Assembly (NCBI GenBank): GCA_965223325.1
Contig: CBDCWI010000001.1
Span: 1,888,001 to 1,952,000 of the forward strand
Length of the DNA stretch: 64,000 nucleotides
Origin: Candidatus Multivoradales bacterium
GTDB lineage: Bacteria > Acidobacteriota > Thermoanaerobaculia > Multivoradales > Multivoraceae
Reading direction: 5' to 3'
The notes below the pieces were generated by a model. It did not search any database. It was given only the letters and a program-made list of their open reading frames with translations, and had not been told where the DNA came from. Position numbers and translations under genes: made by a program. Below, one piece after another: positions 47,968-57,350 of this stretch. The first letter of the stretch is position 1. Every line of letters starts with the position of its first letter.

Positions 47968-50900
47968 TCAGGGCGCCGGTGGTCGTGGTGTCTCAGCCAT
48001 GGTCTCGTCGTCTTCATCTCGGAACACGAAGCGCTGATAAAGCAGCGAAACACCAATCAACGAAACGGCCAGGCCAACCAGCGACGCCACCCGGTAGAGG
48101 TCTTCCAGCTCGCCCAGGTCGTAGAGAGAAGTCTTGATCAGCGCCACCATCAGCAGACACAAGCTGGCCCAACGCGGGCCACGCTCCTTGCGCCACATGC
48201 CGTAGCCGAGAAGCAACATGGCGTAGATCGCCCAGGCCAGCGAAAGCGTCAAGTCGCGCTCAGCGAACTGACTGTGGGGCAACTGAATGACGCCGCCTTC
48301 GGAGAACAGCTCGAGAATGGTGAGGTTGACCCAGGCGAAACCCAAGAGAACGGCCGATCCTCCGAGCACTTGTGACTCGCTCTCCGCACCCTGGTGATCC
48401 CCCGAGCGAAGGATGCGAGCACTCATCACCAGGCTGACTGCCGGAACGAGGTAGGTGTACGCCAGCCAGTTGAGAATCGGCAGCACTTCGTCGCCCGCGT
48501 GGTAGCTGAGAAGGGAGGGGTTGAGGAGCAAACGCGCCAAGACCGCGCCGTGTAGTACGAGTCCGAAGAAACGCAACCCCCGATGGGAGAACCGTTGCCA
48601 CAAGACGAAGGCGGCCAGCGCTTCGAGTGACCAACCCATGGTGATCCACTCACGCTCGAGCTGCATTGGCACGGCGACCGCTGCAAAGACGAGGGCGACC
48701 GTGCTGTATGTAGCCACGTGCTCGCACGCGCTGTCTGAGTCTTCTCCCTTGACCTGCCATGCGGTCCAGGCAGCTGCCCCCGCAACGAGACCCAGGAGCA
48801 CCGGTAGGAGCCCAATCGCACTGTCGCCGAAACCTTGCAACCACAAGTAGCGCAGCGGGAAGAACCACAGCGGTCCCGCCAAAGCCGAGGTCATCCAGGC
48901 AGAACGAGAGGAGGCCCCAGTCATCGAACGGGCCTCGCGGAAGCCCAAGAACGGCCAAGCGGTGAAGACCACCACCGAGAGGAGCTGTGCGACCAGTGCT
49001 GTTGTCGCCCGTTCACCCTCGGCCAGTTGGAAGGTCCAGAGAAAGTGTACGCCCAGGAGAAGAAGCGCAGCCAGCGCGTACAGCCTGCCCGAAGCCCCAG
49101 CCGAGGCAGCCAGAACGATCAACATTGCCAGAGCACCGGCAAACGAATACATCACGAGAGCAGTGACATGCCCGGAGGTGATGGCCAGTGCCGCCAGGGA
49201 AACCACCGGCGAAATCGCTACCGCCTTCCAAGCCCACCCCGCCGGCACGCCAACAGTTCGCGCGCCGTCGGCGAGCAGACTCTGGCGGAAGTACGCCCAG
49301 CCCAAGAGGGCTGCTCCCACGATCACTGCCGATCCGAGCAGAACCTCGTAAGAGAGATTGGCGGCCGAGGGCCCGGCAAGAATCCAGCCACCCAGGCCGA
49401 GCGAGATTCCCGAGCTCGCCATGACGGCCAGCAGATTGCGCGCTCCGCTTCTTGCCCACTCCGCCGCGAGACCAGAGAGACGCAGGAGTCCCACAGTGGA
49501 AACAGAGGCGGCGAGAAGCCAGGGCCAGTACGTAAACGAACTCTCGAAGACCGCAAGCACCGCGTACCAGAGCAAGAGCCCGAACCACAGGAGGCCGCTG
49601 GGAAGGAGAGCGACGGAGAAGGCCCTCTCGCGATCGTCTCGGCTGGCCGTGTCCTGATCGCTGACCGGCGCCACGGCGTAGCGCTCCACGCTGAAATGAA
49701 AAAGCAGAGAGACCAGCAGACCGAAGGCGGTAACCGCCCAAGTTTCAACGCTCGTATTCATGTGCTGGCCCGACCACGCCACCATGAGAGCGAGGTCACA
49801 AGCCGCGAGCGCAACGGCAGCTCCCTGGAGGCGCAACGCGCCGGCGAGCCAGATCGCAACCAGGTTGAGCGCGAGAACAAAGAGCGCCAGGGGCAAGGCG
49901 TGCATCGCGAGCTCGGCGTGCACCGTGAGCCAGAACGTCAGCGCGAAAGGAGCGGCGATGCCAAGAACCTGTTGCAGAGCTCCCTCGCGCGCCTGGTCAC
50001 CGTCACTTTCGATCCGCCACTTCTGGCCGACGACGAGATAGGCCGCCGCAAAGACAGCCAGGATCAACAAGCCGATCCAGAAGCTGCTGGAGTCGAGTCG
50101 GGCCGCGATCCAACCGAACTGATAAAGAAACGTCAGCGCCTGGCCCAGGGTGGCGAGGCCCGTCCAATGGCGGTGGCGTCCCAATAGCCAGAGCCCGCCA
50201 TTGAGAATCAAGAGATACCCGAACAACCCGATGGGGTGATCCAGCGTGCCGGCGAGTAGAAGCGGCGTCACGAAGCCACCCAGCAGACCGATCATGGCGG
50301 TCACCGCCGAATCGTTTCGCCACGCCAGCACGCCGCACCCAACGGTGATCAGAAGCATGAGCGGATAGGCCACCAGCAGCGGGATGAAGCCGTATAAAGC
50401 GTGGGCGGCCCAGGTCGAAGCGTAGAGCGTCACGATTCCCGTACCCGCCAGGCCGTTCGACACCGGAAGAAAGCCACCCCCGCGCAGGCGCTCCGAACCG
50501 ATCAAGAGACCGAAGCCACTGGCGTATCCGAACAGGACTCGGGCCAGTGGACCGATCCAACCGGCTTCGATGGCATGACGGAAGAAAAGGATGGCCGCCA
50601 GTGCCAGAACGACAGCGCCGGCGATTGCAGCTCCTCGAACGCCGAGCCAGCGTTCCCAGTCGCTTTCGACCGAGGCGCTCGGCCGCTGGTCGTAGGGCAG
50701 CGGCTGCACGTTGACGGGTGGGCTGACCGGCGCTTCGACCCCGGTTGGCGGGGCCGGTCGGTCGAGCTGCTGCTCCGGGAGGACTTTGGTCTTCGGTGCT
50801 TCAGCCGTCGGCCTGGGCTCACTGGCCTGCTCCTCGATGACTCTCGTTCGCGCTGCGAGTGGCTCGCTTGGTTTCTGGGTCGAGGGCTGGCGCTCTAGCG

Positions 50901-51204
50901 CCGACCGAGCCGCCACGGCAACGTCGCCATCCCGTGGCGGCGGGGCGCCTCCGTCAGGCTGCGCGGCTGGCTCTTCCGGAGCGCGGTCTTCGGGAACAGG
51001 GTCTTCGGGAACAGAGTGCTCGAGTGCGGAGCGTACAAATGCCTTTGCCGCTTCGGTTTCACGATGCAGACGCAGCAACTCAGACTCCGCGGTATCAGCG
51101 CGACGGCGCAGCTCGCGGATCTGTGAAAGGGCACTCCTCGCCATGAAAAGGGCGACGGTCGACAGGGTCACGAAGATGAGAAGAAGCAAGGACATCGATG
51201 CCAC
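47968..51204 (-). CDS. DUF2339-type large multi-pass membrane protein
   Basis: N-terminal TM, coiled coil and Pro-rich linker; WERWLGVRG..IAG, GWIGP..RV, GLLGGFVTPLLL, C-terminal K..LYDL..L...YRVAS. Confidence 0.88.
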   Translation of the reverse strand: MASMSLLLLIFVTLSTVALFMARSALSQIRELRRRADTAESELLRLHRETEAAKAFVRSALEHSVPEDPVPEDRAPEEPAAQPDGGAPPPRDGDVAVAARSALERQPSTQKPSEPLAARTRVIEEQASEPRPTAEAPKTKVLPEQQLDRPAPPTGVEAPVSPPVNVQPLPYDQRPSASVESDWERWLGVRGAAIAGAVVLALAAILFFRHAIEAGWIGPLARVLFGYASGFGLLIGSERLRGGGFLPVSNGLAGTGIVTLYASTWAAHALYGFIPLLVAYPLMLLITVGCGVLAWRNDSAVTAMIGLLGGFVTPLLLAGTLDHPIGLFGYLLILNGGLWLLGRHRHWTGLATLGQALTFLYQFGWIAARLDSSSFWIGLLILAVFAAAYLVVGQKWRIESDGDQAREGALQQVLGIAAPFALTFWLTVHAELAMHALPLALFVLALNLVAIWLAGALRLQGAAVALAACDLALMVAWSGQHMNTSVETWAVTAFGLLVSLLFHFSVERYAVAPVSDQDTASRDDRERAFSVALLPSGLLWFGLLLWYAVLAVFESSFTYWPWLLAASVSTVGLLRLSGLAAEWARSGARNLLAVMASSGISLGLGGWILAGPSAANLSYEVLLGSAVIVGAALLGWAYFRQSLLADGARTVGVPAGWAWKAVAISPVVSLAALAITSGHVTALVMYSFAGALAMLIVLAASAGASGRLYALAALLLLGVHFLWTFQLAEGERATTALVAQLLSVVVFTAWPFLGFREARSMTGASSRSAWMTSALAGPLWFFPLRYLWLQGFGDSAIGLLPVLLGLVAGAAAWTAWQVKGEDSDSACEHVATYSTVALVFAAVAVPMQLEREWITMGWSLEALAAFVLWQRFSHRGLRFFGLVLHGAVLARLLLNPSLLSYHAGDEVLPILNWLAYTYLVPAVSLVMSARILRSGDHQGAESESQVLGGSAVLLGFAWVNLTILELFSEGGVIQLPHSQFAERDLTLSLAWAIYAMLLLGYGMWRKERGPRWASLCLLMVALIKTSLYDLGELEDLYRVASLVGLAVSLIGVSLLYQRFVFRDEDDETMAETPRPPAP

Positions 51205-51582
51205 CTGGCGGTCGGAGAGTGAACGGAGACCAGCCCGTCGAGAATTCAGGACTCAGGTCAAGCGAGATCGTCAAGCGGCCGAACCACTCGAGGAGCGCGC
51301 GGAGGCACGTGAGTGCCAAATCCCTGCCAAGCCTGAAGGCGCACGACCGCTGACCTTGCCGCCCGTAGGCCGGGCCCCGAGCGGACCAGCAGGTGACCAG
51401 CGAAGTACGGTGGATGTACCGACCGCCTCCACCAGGAAGGAATTCTAGTAAATCTTGGCTAGCGGTCCAAGAATCCTCGCCCCGAGCTCGAGAGGGCAAG
51501 ACCCAGCCGGGTGCCCGTCACACCAGAGCGGCGCCCTTTTCGCCCAAAGGCCGTGCCCGTGACGGATCGGGGCGCCGCTGGT

Positions 51583-51876
51583 TCACCCGGAGCGCACCAG
51601 GCGCACAAAGACCGCGTGCGCCTCCTGGTCTACCGGCCTGTGCACGATCCTGGTGCTTGCAGGGTGGTTACCGAGGAAGTTGCCGCCCCGCAGATCGGTG
51701 GCCGGCCGTACCGGGCGAGTCTGGAAGCCTCCCCCGCAGTTTGGGCAAACATCGAGTAGGACCTGCTCGACGCACGACGCACAAAAGGTGCACTCGTAGG
51801 AACAGATCCGCGCATCCCCCGCGTCGGGCAGCAGCTCTTTGTTGCAGTGTTCACAGGTCGGTCGCAGTTCGAGCAT
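51583..51876 (-). CDS. DUF1272 family small Cys-rich protein
   Basis: MLELRPTCEHC...ICSYECTFCASC...CPNCGG...RP; GAAGGAAG upstream. Confidence 0.9.
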   Translation of the reverse strand: MLELRPTCEHCNKELLPDAGDARICSYECTFCASCVEQVLLDVCPNCGGGFQTRPVRPATDLRGGNFLGNHPASTRIVHRPVDQEAHAVFVRLVRSG

Positions 51877-51908
51877 GGGTGTTCTTCCTTCGGTTGGCGC
51901 CTTCCTGG

Positions 51909-52736
51909 TCAGAACGGGCGCGCGCGCGGACGGAGCAGGCTCTCGGGTCTCGAGAGATCAGGGTGGGCCTTCTGCGCCTCGGCTCTCGCCAAGGCCAACC
52001 CTCCCCAGGCCACGACTCCAAGCGTGTCATAGCCAGAGGCCTCCGCCGCGTCGTCACCCCAGAGTGCTGCGACCTGAACCGGGCGCGCCGTCGAAGAGCG
52101 GTACGCCGCCAGGATGTTGGCTGTGTCATCGACAGCCGCTTCTGCCGCATCGGGGTAGCGAACATCGCCGAACCAGGCGGCACGCCCCTCCTGCCGCATC
52201 ATCTCGTCCAGACTCCGGGGGCCGCCATGTTCGAGAACATAGAAGGCGCGGTAGATCGCCGCGGCGGTCGCCGCGGCGAGCACGCCCGGTGAATACGGAT
52301 CTCCCGACCACAAAACCGTGGTGATCCAACCGTGCTCGATCTCATGATGGCGCCGGCCGGGCTCGAGAAAGCGATAGCTGAAGTCACTCAAGACGCGATC
52401 GGTCCAGCCACCCATCGCGTCGTCGACCACGACAACCGTGACCTTGAGATCGAGGCCGTGAACGGCTTCGACCACTCGCGGCGACATCCTCTCGGCAGCG
52501 CGCGCCGTCGCCTCGGCGGCGACCTCTTCCGCTCCACTGTCGATGAGCCGATCGAGCATCTCGGTAACGTGATCCTTGGCCATTGGGTTGACCAGCGTAA
52601 GCGGGAGCTTGACCGAGCCATCGGGCAGCCTGCCCATCACCTCGAGGTAGTTCAGGAAGCGTTCTCGCCCGATCGGAAGATCGAGCAAACGCCGCTGGCA
52701 CTCGAGGAGTGGCTCGAAGCGAATTGTTGCGGACAT
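51909..52736 (-). CDS. Hypothetical protein
   Basis: 275-aa ORF with upstream AGGAAGG, co-oriented between the PBP and DUF1272 genes; no family recognised. Confidence 0.7.
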   Translation of the reverse strand: MSATIRFEPLLECQRRLLDLPIGRERFLNYLEVMGRLPDGSVKLPLTLVNPMAKDHVTEMLDRLIDSGAEEVAAEATARAAERMSPRVVEAVHGLDLKVTVVVVDDAMGGWTDRVLSDFSYRFLEPGRRHHEIEHGWITTVLWSGDPYSPGVLAAATAAAIYRAFYVLEHGGPRSLDEMMRQEGRAAWFGDVRYPDAAEAAVDDTANILAAYRSSTARPVQVAALWGDDAAEASGYDTLGVVAWGGLALARAEAQKAHPDLSRPESLLRPRARPF

Positions 52737-52756
52737 GGGTTCCTTCCTACCGGAAG

Positions 52757-54598
52757 TCAGGTCCGAGGGCGCGCTTGATCGTCGCGTTGCTCGGCCGAGT
52801 CTTGACGCTCCGCGTGCACCTTGAGTGCCTCGAGAAGGTTGCGGGTGACCCAGTACCCGGCCCGGCGCACACGACGCGAGGTCGGCCGGTCGGTTACGCG
52901 CACTGCGTACGCAAAGCGGGGAGCATCGGCCGGTGCGAAACCGATGTAGTTGACGTGGAACCCCTGCCCCGGTTCGCGCGCGGTACCGGTCTTCATCGCG
53001 GCCCGAAACCCCGGGGGAGAAACGTTGCGTGCCGTTCCGCGGTCAGTGACTGCCAACATGGCGGTCCTCATCTCGACCAGCGTGAGCACATCGGCAACCG
53101 GCACGTCACCCTCCATGTCCTCGGTCCGAACGAGTCTGTGGGGCGTCAAGCCGAGTCGTCCGTCGACCGCGGCCAGCCACTGTGGGTTGCGCACGATGCC
53201 GTCGCCAGCGAGAGCCGAGGCCATCAGTGCCGCATGAAGTGGCGTGATCTCTGATACGTCCAAACCAATCGAGAGATCGGCGAGGTGGCGATCCGTGACG
53301 ATGGCGTGGCGGATCCGGCCGAAGCCCGGGCGAGAAGGCTCCCCGGGGCCAGCAAAACCGAAACGCCGGTAGCTGTCGATCACCGCGTCGCGACCTTCAA
53401 GGAGACCGAGACGGGCGAAGCTCGTGTTGCAGCTCACCGCCAGGGCATGGGCAAAGCCCGTCAAGCGACCGGCAACCGCCGGACACCACAAGGGCCCTCC
53501 GGAGAGGGACACCGAGCCGTGACACGGTTGCGCTCGAATCGCCTCATCGAGATCCGTTCCCGCGTGCGCAGCGGCGGCTGCGGTGATCAGCTTGGCGATC
53601 GAAGCCGGTTCGAAGGCCTGGCGCGCGAAGGGCGGAACCGCGCCACCCGCCGTCTCGGTGGCGTCATCGCTCACCGCGGCCAGCACGTCTCCCGTACCGG
53701 CACCGACAACCACGATGGTGCCGCGCTCGCCACCCAGGACACTCTTCAGGGTCTCGGTCAACGAAAGATCGATGGTCGAACGCAAACCACCGGCATCTGC
53801 CGTTGGCACTCGCGAGCGCGAGTCCAGGAGAGTCTGTTCGAGCACCCAGGGCGAAAGACCGGTGGCGGCACCACGTGGGTCGAGCTCGACTCCCGGTCGA
53901 CTGCTTTCAGTTCGAGCGACTCTTCCCAGCAGACGGCCGTCGCGATCGAACACCGGAATGCTTCCCGACTGTGCGATCTCCAACAACTCGGCCAAGCGGC
54001 GCTCGAAGGGTGCGACGCGATGGTTGGCTGGCGTACCAGCGCTCTCGGTACCGATGAGAGTTGCAGCGGTCGCGGCGTCACTCTTCGTCTCGCTGGCGGA
54101 GGGGTGATTCTCATATGGAAGGCGAAGCGCCTGGCGATCGACGTCGCCGAGTTGCAGCCGTGCTGCGATTCCCCAGGTGCGGTAGCGCTTGCGCTCCTCC
54201 GACGACAGGCCCTCGAGAACCGACAACACATGGCCCGCCCGGCCGTCGAGCAGCTCACGCCGCAAGAGAAGCGCCAGGGGTAGCTGACCAGGCTCGAGAT
54301 GTTCGTCGGCCGCCCGTTCAGCGACCCAAGATTCGGTCGCGCCCGCCCGCAACGAGCGTAGCGTTTCCTGTTCCGCCGAATCCAGCAAGGGAAGCGGGGG
54401 CGATTCGAGCCGCCCTGCAACCAGCGAGTCATCCCAACCCACCTCGCCAGCAGCGACCAGGCTGGCGAGTTCGGCGGTCGCAGCTTCGGTGGCTTCGACC
54501 CGCGCCCAACCAAGCACGCCAAGCGATAAGAGGGCGCCCAGGAAAGCTCCGGCGGCCAGCAGGCTCGGCCAACGGCGAAGAGGGGGAAGTGGCGGCAT
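52757..54598 (-). CDS. Membrane-anchored penicillin-binding transpeptidase-domain protein
   Basis: TM anchor; SxxK (PASIAK), SxN (SCN) and KTG motifs; no transglycosylase domain recognised. Confidence 0.88.
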   Translation of the reverse strand: MPPLPPLRRWPSLLAAGAFLGALLSLGVLGWARVEATEAATAELASLVAAGEVGWDDSLVAGRLESPPLPLLDSAEQETLRSLRAGATESWVAERAADEHLEPGQLPLALLLRRELLDGRAGHVLSVLEGLSSEERKRYRTWGIAARLQLGDVDRQALRLPYENHPSASETKSDAATAATLIGTESAGTPANHRVAPFERRLAELLEIAQSGSIPVFDRDGRLLGRVARTESSRPGVELDPRGAATGLSPWVLEQTLLDSRSRVPTADAGGLRSTIDLSLTETLKSVLGGERGTIVVVGAGTGDVLAAVSDDATETAGGAVPPFARQAFEPASIAKLITAAAAAHAGTDLDEAIRAQPCHGSVSLSGGPLWCPAVAGRLTGFAHALAVSCNTSFARLGLLEGRDAVIDSYRRFGFAGPGEPSRPGFGRIRHAIVTDRHLADLSIGLDVSEITPLHAALMASALAGDGIVRNPQWLAAVDGRLGLTPHRLVRTEDMEGDVPVADVLTLVEMRTAMLAVTDRGTARNVSPPGFRAAMKTGTAREPGQGFHVNYIGFAPADAPRFAYAVRVTDRPTSRRVRRAGYWVTRNLLEALKVHAERQDSAEQRDDQARPRT

Positions 54599-54747
54599 GG
54601 AAGGTTCGGAAGGGTTCGTCGAGGACCGTGGCAGGAGCAGGGAGCGGTCGAAACGCGGCGCCACCGATCCTAGTCGATCCTCCGCAATCTGAGCCGCAAC
54701 TCCTTTGGTTTCAATACCTACGGTACTCTGCCCAAGACTCCCCGCAC

Positions 54748-55596
54748 CTAGGACTCTTTGCGGTAGCGCAGGACAAAGCGGTCGGTGCGGCGGCGGATCT
54801 CGTCGTTGAACACGTCGAGTTCGCGGGCGTCTACCGGGTTGCGTAGGATGTCGGCCTCGGCCTCGAGAGTGAAGCCGGCCTCAGCCATGTCGGCCTTGAC
54901 AACCGCTTCGTCGATGCGATGCAGCGTGGTCGCGACTTCGACCGTGTCTCCACCTGGAGTGGCAGAGTGGTCGATGACGGCCAGGATCCCGCCTGGTTTG
55001 AGCCCCTCGTGAAGCTCCGCCAGCAGCACCCGATGATCGATCATCGGCCAGCCGCTCTCGGGCTCGTAGTAGGTGTCGTGGTAGCCGAGACCAAAGAAGA
55101 TGGCATCGTAGGTCGCGGGCTCCAGGTCGAGCTCTTCGATCTCGGCGATCAAGCGGCGGGCGTTCGGCAATCGGTCGCCGGCGAACCGTTCCTCCCACTG
55201 CTCTCCCAGGAACTGCAGGTAAGGCTGATTGTTGTGGCAAGTAACGGATCCGTCGTCACCGACAATCCGCGACAGAATCTCGGTGTAGTAGCCGGCTCCA
55301 CACAAGAGGTCGAGTACGTGCATACCGGGTGTGATCTCGAAGAAGGCGACCACCTCGGCTGGCTTGCGGCCGGCGTCGTCTTCCCTGTCGCTCGCCGGAC
55401 GGTCCGAGCTGTAGACCGCAGCTTCGGCGAACGCTCGATAGTCGACAGCTTCCACTGGCGACGCTCTGACGGGTTCGGGCGCCGGTGCGGAAGCGCTTTC
55501 CACCGCTTCCTCGGGTGCACAGCCCGCGAGTGCTACCGCCAGCAAGAGAACTGATACTTGTTTGAAGGCTCGAACTCTCGAATCACTGCTCTTCAT
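54748..55596 (-). CDS. SAM-dependent methyltransferase-like lipoprotein (COG4798-like)
   Basis: Lipobox LAGC; D..RKPAEV..F, LDLLCGAGYYT, YHD, LKPGG..AVIDH, LHRID, LRNP.D, TDRFVL. Confidence 0.88.
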   Translation of the reverse strand: MKSSDSRVRAFKQVSVLLLAVALAGCAPEEAVESASAPAPEPVRASPVEAVDYRAFAEAAVYSSDRPASDREDDAGRKPAEVVAFFEITPGMHVLDLLCGAGYYTEILSRIVGDDGSVTCHNNQPYLQFLGEQWEERFAGDRLPNARRLIAEIEELDLEPATYDAIFFGLGYHDTYYEPESGWPMIDHRVLLAELHEGLKPGGILAVIDHSATPGGDTVEVATTLHRIDEAVVKADMAEAGFTLEAEADILRNPVDARELDVFNDEIRRRTDRFVLRYRKES

Positions 55597-55764
55597 TCGA
55601 CGACTCCGGTTGGTGCGCCGCGACCTCGGCGGGCCAGCCGCTGGCTGCCGGCGAGGAGGCTTCTGCGGTTGGTATCTTGGAAGACTACCTGCCGGCCGGA
55701 GGTACCGAACCCTCCTGGGACGAAATGGTCGGCAGGATTCTCAACTCCTCTCAGGAGCCCCATC

Positions 55765-57171
55765 TTGAAACTCGCTCACGGTCTGTTCTCCATCGCCCTG
55801 TTCACGCTCGTCGCGCCTCCTCCCTCGCTTTCGGCACAGGAGACTTCACTCGACCAGATGATGGCCAACCGTCATGCCAAGAGGGTGTGCTCGGGCGTCT
55901 TCCTGTCGGAGCGCGATGCAGCCGTCATCATGCGCCAGGACCACGACGTCGATCCTCAGACCCACGAGATCGACATCGATCGCGCGACAGGGATCGTGAG
56001 TGTCACGACACCGCAGGGCTCAGAAGGCACCGCCGTCTGGCGGGCCGGCCTTGGTTGCACGATTGCCATCGATACGGAGCCTTCGAAGCTCCGGGCACTC
56101 GACTTCGGCCGACCCGTTCCCAGACCCCTCGACCCGCAGGTTGAGTGGCCCAACGGATCGCGCACGCCCGAAAAAATACCTCCTGGAGTCGATACGGCCG
56201 CCCTGACCAGGGCACTCGACGACGCTTTCAGCGAGCCCGATAAGGGTCGCCGCGGTACACGCGGGGTGGCAGTGATCCAGAACGGCCACCTGGTCGCCGA
56301 GCGCTACGCCGAGGGTTTTGCAGTCGATCGCCCGATCATCGCCTGGTCGATGACCAAGACGGTCACCGCCGCACTGGTCGGGATGGCCGTTGGCGAGGGA
56401 CTACTCGACATCGAGGCGCCGGCGCCGGTCGCCGAGTGGCAGAGCGACGATGATCCGCGCAAGAGCATCACCCTCGACCAGCTGCTCCGCATGTCGAGCG
56501 GTCTCGAGTTCTCGGAGGAGTACGTGGCCGGTGCAAGTGACGTCGTGGTCATGTTGTTCGCCGAGCCCGACATGGGAACCTATGCCGCCAACCAGGAGCT
56601 CGAGACCGAGCCCGACACCCGCTGGGCCTACTCGAGTGGCACCACGAACATCATTGCCGAAGTGCTGGTGAACGCTCTCGGCGGCCCCGAGAAGGCGCTG
56701 ACCTACGCCAGGCGCCAACTCTTCGACCGCATTGCGATGGCACACACCGTCCTCGAACCTGATGAGTCCGGCGTGCCTGTCGGATCGTCGTTCATGTACT
56801 CGACGCCACGCGACATGGCACGCTTCGGCCAGCTCTTGCTCAACGATGGTGTGTGGACGAGTGCTTCAGGCGAAGAGTCGAGGATCCTTCCTGAGGGTTG
56901 GGTCGACTACATGATCACCCCAACGCCGGCCAACCCGCGCGGTGAGTACGGCGCACAAACCTGGCTCAATCGCGGCGAACCAGGCAACCCCGAGAACCGT
57001 CGCTGGCCGTCTGTGCCAACCGATGCCTATGGTCTCTCGGGCTTCGAAGGCCAGAGCGTCACGGTCATCCCGTCACGGAACGCTGTGATCGTGCGCATGG
57101 GTCGGTCGGTGCCGCGTGGTGCCTTCAACCTCGACGCCTTCCTGGCTGCGGTCCTCGACGCACTCGAGTGA
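55765..57171 (+). CDS. Secreted serine hydrolase (beta-lactamase class C/AmpC-like family)
   Basis: TTG start after AGGAG; signal peptide; WSMTK (SxxK), LLRMSSGL, YSS, GFEGQ. Confidence 0.9.
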   Translation: MKLAHGLFSIALFTLVAPPPSLSAQETSLDQMMANRHAKRVCSGVFLSERDAAVIMRQDHDVDPQTHEIDIDRATGIVSVTTPQGSEGTAVWRAGLGCTIAIDTEPSKLRALDFGRPVPRPLDPQVEWPNGSRTPEKIPPGVDTAALTRALDDAFSEPDKGRRGTRGVAVIQNGHLVAERYAEGFAVDRPIIAWSMTKTVTAALVGMAVGEGLLDIEAPAPVAEWQSDDDPRKSITLDQLLRMSSGLEFSEEYVAGASDVVVMLFAEPDMGTYAANQELETEPDTRWAYSSGTTNIIAEVLVNALGGPEKALTYARRQLFDRIAMAHTVLEPDESGVPVGSSFMYSTPRDMARFGQLLLNDGVWTSASGEESRILPEGWVDYMITPTPANPRGEYGAQTWLNRGEPGNPENRRWPSVPTDAYGLSGFEGQSVTVIPSRNAVIVRMGRSVPRGAFNLDAFLAAVLDALE

Positions 57172-57182
57172 AACGCTCCTAA

Positions 57183-57340
57183 TACCCCGTACCATTGAAA
57201 CGCACAGCGTCTGCGCGGTCCTCGCGCTCGATCTCTGTGTTGTCACTCCTCGACAGATCACCAATATGCCTGCGTCGTGACGCCTTGATCTCGAGCACGA
57301 TCATCCGCTCAGCCACTATCCGTTTCAAGGGTACGGGGTA
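57183..57340. mobile_element. 158-bp MITE-like element between convergent genes
   Basis: Terminal inverted repeats taccccgtaccattgaaacg and cgtttcaagggtacggggta (19/20), flanked by CTAA and CTAG. Confidence 0.8.
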
Positions 57341-57350
57341 CTAGAGCAGC

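Noticed and set aside
50985-51015. 15-bp tandem duplication in the DUF2339 gene (VPEDP VPEDR)
   Set aside because: Ordinary low-complexity linker expansion with no sign of special function.
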